This document shows, in pieces, positions 58,600-64,000 of a DNA stretch of 64,000 nucleotides. Below the pieces are notes generated by a model. The model did not search any database, was not told the DNA's origin, and was given only the letters and a program-made list of their open reading frames with translations. The stretch spans positions 164,089-228,088 of the forward strand of contig CAYLXA010000003.1 of assembly GCA_964387845.1 (NCBI GenBank), given 5' to 3'. Position 1 is the stretch's first letter. Each line of letters starts with the position of its first letter. A program made the position numbers and the translations under genes. The stretch is from an uncultured bacterium. Lineage in GTDB: Bacteria; Omnitrophota; Omnitrophia; Omnitrophales; Abzuiibacteriaceae.

Positions 58600-59426
58600 T
58601 ATTTTGGAATAAGCGAAAAAAACTTGAAGCGATTCTTAAAAAGTACCGCCAAGTGGTCATCGCCTATTCCGGAGGGATTGATTCCGCATTTCTGCTCAAA
58701 ATCGCACGCGACGCTTTGGGAAAAGAAAATGTCAAAGCCGTGACAGCGGTGAGTCCTGCTGTTCCGGAGCGCGAAGTCGAAGAAGCTTCCAAATTTGCGC
58801 AAGCAATCGATGCCGAACATATCCTGATTAAAACGCAGGAAATCGAAAACCCGAATTACGCACAAAATCCGGAGAATCGCTGTTATTTCTGCAAGAAAGA
58901 ACTTTATACCAAACTCACCGAACTTGCCCAAACGTGGCAGATCAAAACCATTTGCAGCGGAACGACTTTAAGCGATCTTGGGGATTGGCGCCCCGGACTA
59001 GACGCCGCAAAAGAATTTAAAATAGAAAGCCCGCTCATGGCTGCAAAGTTTTCGAAGGACGATGTCAGGCATGAAGCGCGCAAACTCAATCTCAGCATTT
59101 GGGACAAACCCGCGACCCCGTGCTTGGCCAGCCGGTTTGCGTACGGCAATTCCATCACGGAAGAAAAACTGAATAAGATCGAAATCGGCGAAAATTATTT
59201 AAAAGATCTCGGCTTCAAAATTTTTCGCTTGAGGCATTTGGGCAAGGACGCGCGGCTTGAATTGGGTGAAATCGAATCAAAACTTTGCGCCAATCCATTT
59301 TTTCGGGACAATATTACACAATTTATTCATTCTCTTGGTTTTGAATCGCTGACATTTGATCAGTACCGTTCGGGCCGTTTAAACGAGGATGCCGGAATTA
59401 GGGCACAACATATCGCCACTATTTAA
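58596..59426 (+). CDS. larE: LarE-family PP-loop ATP pyrophosphatase / sulfur transferase (TIGR00268-like)
   Basis: VIAYSGGIDSAFLL PP-loop, NRCYFCK and TPCLASRF motifs. Confidence 0.65.
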   Translation: MIFWNKRKKLEAILKKYRQVVIAYSGGIDSAFLLKIARDALGKENVKAVTAVSPAVPEREVEEASKFAQAIDAEHILIKTQEIENPNYAQNPENRCYFCKKELYTKLTELAQTWQIKTICSGTTLSDLGDWRPGLDAAKEFKIESPLMAAKFSKDDVRHEARKLNLSIWDKPATPCLASRFAYGNSITEEKLNKIEIGENYLKDLGFKIFRLRHLGKDARLELGEIESKLCANPFFRDNITQFIHSLGFESLTFDQYRSGRLNEDAGIRAQHIATI

Positions 59427-59434
59427 AAATCGTC

Positions 59435-60727
59435 ATGAAAATCCGAGGACATTTTCTTAAACTACCGGATTATAAAGACCTTAGTCTCTCTACAACCCGC
59501 ATCAAACAAGCCGCCTTGCCCGCCGAGGTTGTTTTGCCGCTCAAACAGCATGTCGGCCTTCCTTCATACCCGATTATTAAGCAGGGAACGCCGGTTCAGG
59601 CGGGCACTAAAATTGCAGTCGGGCAAAACGAATTTTCATCCAATCTACATGCCAGCATTTCAGGCGTTGTTTCCGAAATTAATTCGGAGTGGATACGGAT
59701 CGAATCGGACAAGAAGGATGAATGGGACCCCTCTATTCAAGAAGATCGTAACTGGGAAGATGCGTCGCCTCAGGAAATTTTAAAACAAATCCAAGAATGC
59801 GGCATTGTCGGAATGGGCGGCCGGGGTTTTCCGACTCATTTAAAAATAAAACTGCTTCAAGAAAATCCTGTTGATTGGCTGGTCGTCAACGGCTGTGAGT
59901 CCGAGCCTTTTTTGACGTCTGATTATGTTTTAATGCTGAACAAATCCGCCGAAATTTTATACGGCATTAATTTGCTTTTGAAAGCAAGCGGCGCAAAACG
60001 CTGCATCATCGCAATTTCCGACGACAAGCTGGAAGCGATTGAAATTTTATGGAGCAAAATCCGTTCATTAAAGTTTCATCACATTGAAGTCCGGAAACTT
60101 CCGGCGCGTTATCCGCAGGGTTCGGAAGATAAGTTGAAAGAATCGCTTTTCGGCGGATTTTTGATGAAAAATACCGCGTCTGCTTTTGTTCAGAACGTGG
60201 CCACGGTATTTGCGGTTTATGAAGCAGTCCGCTATCACAAGCCGCTCGTTGAGCGTATTGTTACCGTCAGCGGCCATTGTGTTGTGGAGCCGCAAAATCT
60301 TTTGTGCCGGATCGGAACATCGGGTGAAAATCTGATACAAAACGCGAAGGGGCTTTTGCGTTCTCCGAAACGGGTAACGTACGGCGGCCCTATGAATGGA
60401 ATTTCGGCCACGAGCTTAGAAATGCCCATAGCAAAGCCGGTGAGCGGAATTGTGGCGCTTGCGCAGGAGTTTATTAATGAAGGACGCGAAACCCCGTGTA
60501 TCCGCTGCGGATTTTGTGTGGAAAGCTGCCCCGAAGACCTGAATCCGGAAATGCTCATGCGCGCAGCGCGCAAAAAGAACGAACAGCTTATTTGGGAATT
60601 TGAACTTGAAAATTGCACCGAATGCGGAAACTGTGCTTATGTCTGCCCGTCTAAAATTCCGCTGACCGATATTTTCAGAAAAGCAAAATCATCGATTTTA
60701 CACATGCCGGAAGACCCGATTTTATGA
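59435..60727 (+). CDS. rnfC: RnfC-like subunit (NADH/FMN-binding plus two 4Fe-4S ferredoxin motifs)
   Basis: GMGGRGFPTHLK and two CxxCxxCxxxCP motifs (CIRCGFCVESCP, CTECGNCAYVCP). Confidence 0.8.
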   Translation: MKIRGHFLKLPDYKDLSLSTTRIKQAALPAEVVLPLKQHVGLPSYPIIKQGTPVQAGTKIAVGQNEFSSNLHASISGVVSEINSEWIRIESDKKDEWDPSIQEDRNWEDASPQEILKQIQECGIVGMGGRGFPTHLKIKLLQENPVDWLVVNGCESEPFLTSDYVLMLNKSAEILYGINLLLKASGAKRCIIAISDDKLEAIEILWSKIRSLKFHHIEVRKLPARYPQGSEDKLKESLFGGFLMKNTASAFVQNVATVFAVYEAVRYHKPLVERIVTVSGHCVVEPQNLLCRIGTSGENLIQNAKGLLRSPKRVTYGGPMNGISATSLEMPIAKPVSGIVALAQEFINEGRETPCIRCGFCVESCPEDLNPEMLMRAARKKNEQLIWEFELENCTECGNCAYVCPSKIPLTDIFRKAKSSILHMPEDPIL

Positions 60728-61611
60728 AAACAAAAGCCGCTTTGCCTTATTCAACCAAGCCGCATTGGCGTGCCCAGATTTCATCCAAAACCATCTCATG
60801 GCAGATGATTGCAGCGCTTTTTCCGGTTTGGTGCATCGGCCTTATGCAGAACGCACCGGCCGCGTTTTGGCAGGTCCTATCGAGTGTTGCGGCGGGGCTT
60901 TTCTTTCGTTTTTTATTTTCACTTGTTTCAAAACAAAAAAATTGGTTTGGAGAAAATACGGTTTATTCATGCGTTCTTTTTTCATTTCTAGTTCCATTTG
61001 GAATTTCTCCGGCCGCACTTTTAGTCGGAATCTTTTTTAGCGTGATTATTGCCGAAGAATGTTTCGGAGGGCGCGGCCAAAATATTTTCAACCCGGCTTT
61101 GACGGGCTTTGCGGCCGTCAGCTTTTTATTTAGAGACGAACTCGGATTTTGTTACGGAGAATTTGGGTCTATTTTGATTTCAACAGATCCCTCACAATCT
61201 ATTCCGGCTGTAGAAGTTGCACTGGTTTTGTTAGGCGGTGTTTATTTAATCTTAAAGCGCGCAATTGCATGGCAGATTCCGTTATTTTACTTTGCTCCTC
61301 TGTTTGTCATTATGACCTTTATTCAAGATGCCACAGCCGCAAAGCTTCCGCTGGCACCGGTTTTGTTCAGCACATTCTTTCTTGTGACGGATTATGCGTC
61401 ATCACCGATTTCTGTGCGTGCACGGATTCTTTATGCGCTGGTGTGCGGGCTTTTGTTTGCGGCATTCAATGAATGGCTGGCGGGATTTAATGCGATGGCG
61501 TGTTCAATTCTTCTGATGAATTCGGTTGCACCGCTTATGGATCGTTATTTATCGTCGCCCGCATTTTCTTTTCTTCGCCGTGAAGTAATCGCGAAGGAGC
61601 TTGAATCATGA
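60724..61611 (+). CDS. rnfD: RnfD/NqrB-family membrane subunit (short, 295 aa)
   Basis: GGRGQNIFNPALTGFAAVSFLF, FFLVTDYASSPISVRARILYALVCGLL and NSVAPLMDRY align with the E. coli RnfD motifs GGLGQNPFNPAMIGY / FFILTDPVTAS..GRLIFGALAGLL / NITVPLIDYY. Confidence 0.75.
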   Translation: MKTKAALPYSTKPHWRAQISSKTISWQMIAALFPVWCIGLMQNAPAAFWQVLSSVAAGLFFRFLFSLVSKQKNWFGENTVYSCVLFSFLVPFGISPAALLVGIFFSVIIAEECFGGRGQNIFNPALTGFAAVSFLFRDELGFCYGEFGSILISTDPSQSIPAVEVALVLLGGVYLILKRAIAWQIPLFYFAPLFVIMTFIQDATAAKLPLAPVLFSTFFLVTDYASSPISVRARILYALVCGLLFAAFNEWLAGFNAMACSILLMNSVAPLMDRYLSSPAFSFLRREVIAKELES

Positions 61612-61736
61612 AATCAAAAAAGACGAATAAAATTCGAAACAGCGTTTTCATTTTAACAGCGTTGCTCATTTCTAGTTTTCTGTTGCTTAATTATTTGGCA
61701 AGCGAGCAATATATCATTATCGGATGGGGCACATGA
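61608..61736 (+). CDS. Possible 42-aa single-TM peptide overlapping the rnfD stop
   Basis: ATGA overlap with rnfD. MKSKKTNKIRNSVFILTALLISSFLLLNYL... Below the ORF-track cutoff and speculative. Confidence 0.2.
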   Translation: MKSKKTNKIRNSVFILTALLISSFLLLNYLASEQYIIIGWGT

Positions 61737-62203
61737 ACCGGCTCTCACGGCTTGAATGGGCGGCCATCGCTGCTTTGTGCCTTCTGGTAGTGCCGGCTGA
61801 TGCCGGAGAGAGACTCATCTTATCTGCCGGAACATTGGCAGTTTCACTTGCGGCCGGAATGATCATTTATCCTTTTCGCAAAATTTTAACGCCGATATTT
61901 CAAATTTTGTTTTTACTGGTCTTAATTTCCACTTTGTTCGAAGTTTTGTATTTTATATTTCCATTTTCTTTCCCAGAGGTGCTGCCTCAAGCGGTTTTCG
62001 CGTCTTTGCTCTTGACGGTTGCTTCCAAAAAAGCTTCCGAGAGCTTTGAAATCGGCGGCCTTTTTCTTATTTTTATTTTAATTTCGGCGTTCGTCAATTG
62101 GGCGAGCCCCGCTGCAGTCAAGTTTTATCCAACAGCGTTTGTTGTTGTTGCATTTTTGTTCGCATTTTTGAATTTTTCGTATGCTTCCAGGAAAAATAAA
62201 TAA
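61724..62203 (+). CDS. Polytopic membrane protein, possibly a degenerate RnfE/RnfA-family subunit
   Basis: 159 aa, 5-6 TM. Only a weak resemblance (ALCLLVV versus GLCPLLAV). Confidence 0.3.
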   Translation: MGHMNRLSRLEWAAIAALCLLVVPADAGERLILSAGTLAVSLAAGMIIYPFRKILTPIFQILFLLVLISTLFEVLYFIFPFSFPEVLPQAVFASLLLTVASKKASESFEIGGLFLIFILISAFVNWASPAAVKFYPTAFVVVAFLFAFLNFSYASRKNK

Positions 62204-62221
62204 CGAACGGAAAAACGTGTT

Positions 62222-62743
62222 ATGAATCAATGGTACGCAACACTCACGCTCCTGGCTGTGATGCAAATCTGGTTTTACCGGATTGATGTGAAAAGAGCCG
62301 CCGCAGGTTTTCTTTTTTATTGGGGGTCTATTTATTTGGGGCTTTTGAGTTCCGAATTTGCAAGCAAAGCTCTAAGTGAATTTGAAATCGAATGGTGGAT
62401 TCCGGTCATGATTTGTTTGGCATCTGTTACGATCGGTGAAACAGCCGAAGTTCTGGCGGCATCGGTCGGAAAATCAGTCGAAAAAAGACGTCAATCGCTC
62501 CCTTCATTCTTTACATTTTCAAATCTCTATCTTGCCTTGGTCTGGCTGAGTTTGTGGCATCATCCGTTTTTGTATCAAAGCCAGGTTGAAATGATGGTTA
62601 TCGCTACTTTTAGTTTTCTTTTTTTGATTATTCTGTGCGGAATCAGAGACCGTTTGACGCTCTATGATATTCCGAAATATTTGCGGGAGCTTCCAATATT
62701 CATGATTACGGCTGCCTTGTTTTTGCTGATCTTTCTGAGATAA
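62222..62743 (+). CDS. Divergent RnfA/RnfE (NqrD/E)-family membrane subunit
   Basis: C-terminal IRDRLTLYDIPKYLRELPIFMITAALFLLIF aligns with E. coli RnfA [31 protein letters not shown]. The NCAVLG motif is degenerate (SNLYLAL). Confidence 0.45.
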   Translation: MNQWYATLTLLAVMQIWFYRIDVKRAAAGFLFYWGSIYLGLLSSEFASKALSEFEIEWWIPVMICLASVTIGETAEVLAASVGKSVEKRRQSLPSFFTFSNLYLALVWLSLWHHPFLYQSQVEMMVIATFSFLFLIILCGIRDRLTLYDIPKYLRELPIFMITAALFLLIFLR

Positions 62744-62842
62744 CAATAGCCTAAAAATAAGTTCAGGACTTGCCCTTTTTATCCGTTAAAAAAGGGGAGT
62801 CAAACGTGTGCTATACTTGAAACAACTTAAGGAAACCGAATC

Positions 62843-63925
62843 ATGATGGAAATCCGCAGTGTCATTGAACTTGCCATTGAGCGGGGCGCTTCTGACATTC
62901 ATATTGAGGTAGGCCGGCCGGTCACGTTTAGAGAAGGCGGCGCGCTCGTTTCCATCAATGATACTTCGCTTCAGCCTGCCGACACGGAAGCTTACATGCG
63001 CGCCATTACCGACGATTCTCACCGCGACAAAATCGAGCGTGTCGGCGGCGTCGATTTCGGCTTTGCTTACGAGCGTAAGGCCCGGCTTCGTGTTTCTGCG
63101 TTCCGCCAGCGTGGCAGTTATGGCATGGTTATCCGCATTTTGCCCCGTACTTTTTTTGATTTTGATTCAATAGGAATTCCGCAGAAAGTTGTGCAGCTTC
63201 TTAATCAGCCCCGCGGCATGATTTTAGTAACGGGCCCTACGGGAAGCGGAAAAACCACGACGCTTGCAACGATGATTGATTACATCAACCGCAATCATCC
63301 GGTTCATATTGTGACGGTCGAAGACCCGATCGAATTTGTTCATGATCACAAAAAAGCGGTTGTCATTCAGCGTGAAGTCGGCGTCGACGTCCCTTCATTT
63401 TCAGAGGCAGTAATTAAATCTTTGCGTCAAGACCCAAACGTGTTGTTGATCGGGGAAATGCGTGATTTATCAACTATGGAAGCGGCGATTACGGCAGCTG
63501 AAACCGGCCACTTGGTTTTTGCGACTTTGCACACGACCGGCGCCGCGCGCACGGTTGACCGTATCATCGATGTGTTTCCGTCGCACCAACAGGCGCAAAT
63601 TCGAACCCAGTTGTCGGTTACGCTGATTGCCGTGATTTCGCAGGTTTTGATTCCACGTATCGACCGTGCAGGCCGCATCGCAGGATTTGAAATCATGATT
63701 TCAACGCCGGCCATTTCAAATCTCATCCGTGAAGGGAAAACGTATCAAATTTTTTCTGAACTTCAAACCGGATCCAAGCACGGCATGCGGACACTCGATA
63801 GCCATTTAATCGAACTTTATCAGAAGGGCATTATCAGCTACGAATCTGCCGTTGAAAAAGCCTACGATCCCGCCTTCCTTTCTCAGCAAGCCTCCAAATT
63901 GACCGTCGCCGGTTCAAAGAAATAA
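62843..63925 (+). CDS. pilT: Type IV pilus twitching-motility ATPase PilT
   Basis: ASDIHI, GPTGSGKTTTLA, VEDPIEFVH, IGEMRD, the His-box and the C-terminal AHLIxxY-like region. Confidence 0.92.
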   Translation: MMEIRSVIELAIERGASDIHIEVGRPVTFREGGALVSINDTSLQPADTEAYMRAITDDSHRDKIERVGGVDFGFAYERKARLRVSAFRQRGSYGMVIRILPRTFFDFDSIGIPQKVVQLLNQPRGMILVTGPTGSGKTTTLATMIDYINRNHPVHIVTVEDPIEFVHDHKKAVVIQREVGVDVPSFSEAVIKSLRQDPNVLLIGEMRDLSTMEAAITAAETGHLVFATLHTTGAARTVDRIIDVFPSHQQAQIRTQLSVTLIAVISQVLIPRIDRAGRIAGFEIMISTPAISNLIREGKTYQIFSELQTGSKHGMRTLDSHLIELYQKGIISYESAVEKAYDPAFLSQQASKLTVAGSKK

Positions 63926-64000
63926 TCTAGAAATCTTCGTTTGTCGCTACATTCAACCAGGAAGCGCACCACTGAGTGATTGAAACATTTCTTTCGGTGT

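Overview
This 64 kb window looks like a chromosomal segment from a Gram-negative bacterium, probably uncultivated. GC is about 47%. It carries outer-membrane and periplasmic signal-peptide proteins and two PilT ATPases. It is densely coding, with roughly 75 genes and no transposase, integrase or CRISPR array. It mixes housekeeping genes (pfkA, H+-pyrophosphatase, cspA, katG, msrB, rlmI, an rsmF-like gene, the Liv ABC transporter, a DEAD-box helicase, metF, glpK, grx, udg, cysK, mutY, bioA-bioD, mnmA, ygfZ) with several envelope-modification loci: an MBOAT/AlgJ-like O-acetylation pair next to a sulfatase-like gene, a polysaccharide deacetylase, and a large glycosylation locus (DUF2079, three NDP-sugar epimerase/reductase genes, a GT2 and YfhO-like GT-C membrane proteins). 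I judge four observations worth most attention. First, two YfhO-like paralogs (44055-46421 and 48948-51221) are diverged overall but share three islands of 100% nucleotide identity (89, 54 and 510 bp), a mosaic that suggests gene conversion or an assembly chimera. Second, a tightly overlapped operon runs bioA-bioD-mnmA-larE-rnfC-rnfD and is followed by two very divergent RnfA/E-like subunits, with no RnfG or RnfB in the window. Third, two paralogous 122-aa secreted proteins bracket metF and may be TIGR04073-like. Fourth, a three-gene module of unknown function (32081-33634) combines a membrane protein, a small acidic protein and an HTH/coiled-coil protein. Smaller items include a cspA leader with a promoter followed by an intrinsic terminator, a sulfatase-like protein whose CxPxR arginine is replaced by Leu, a signal-peptide KatG, and a tRNA-Asn flanked by hairpins. 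All calls are from reading the sequence and recalling family signatures; no database search was run.
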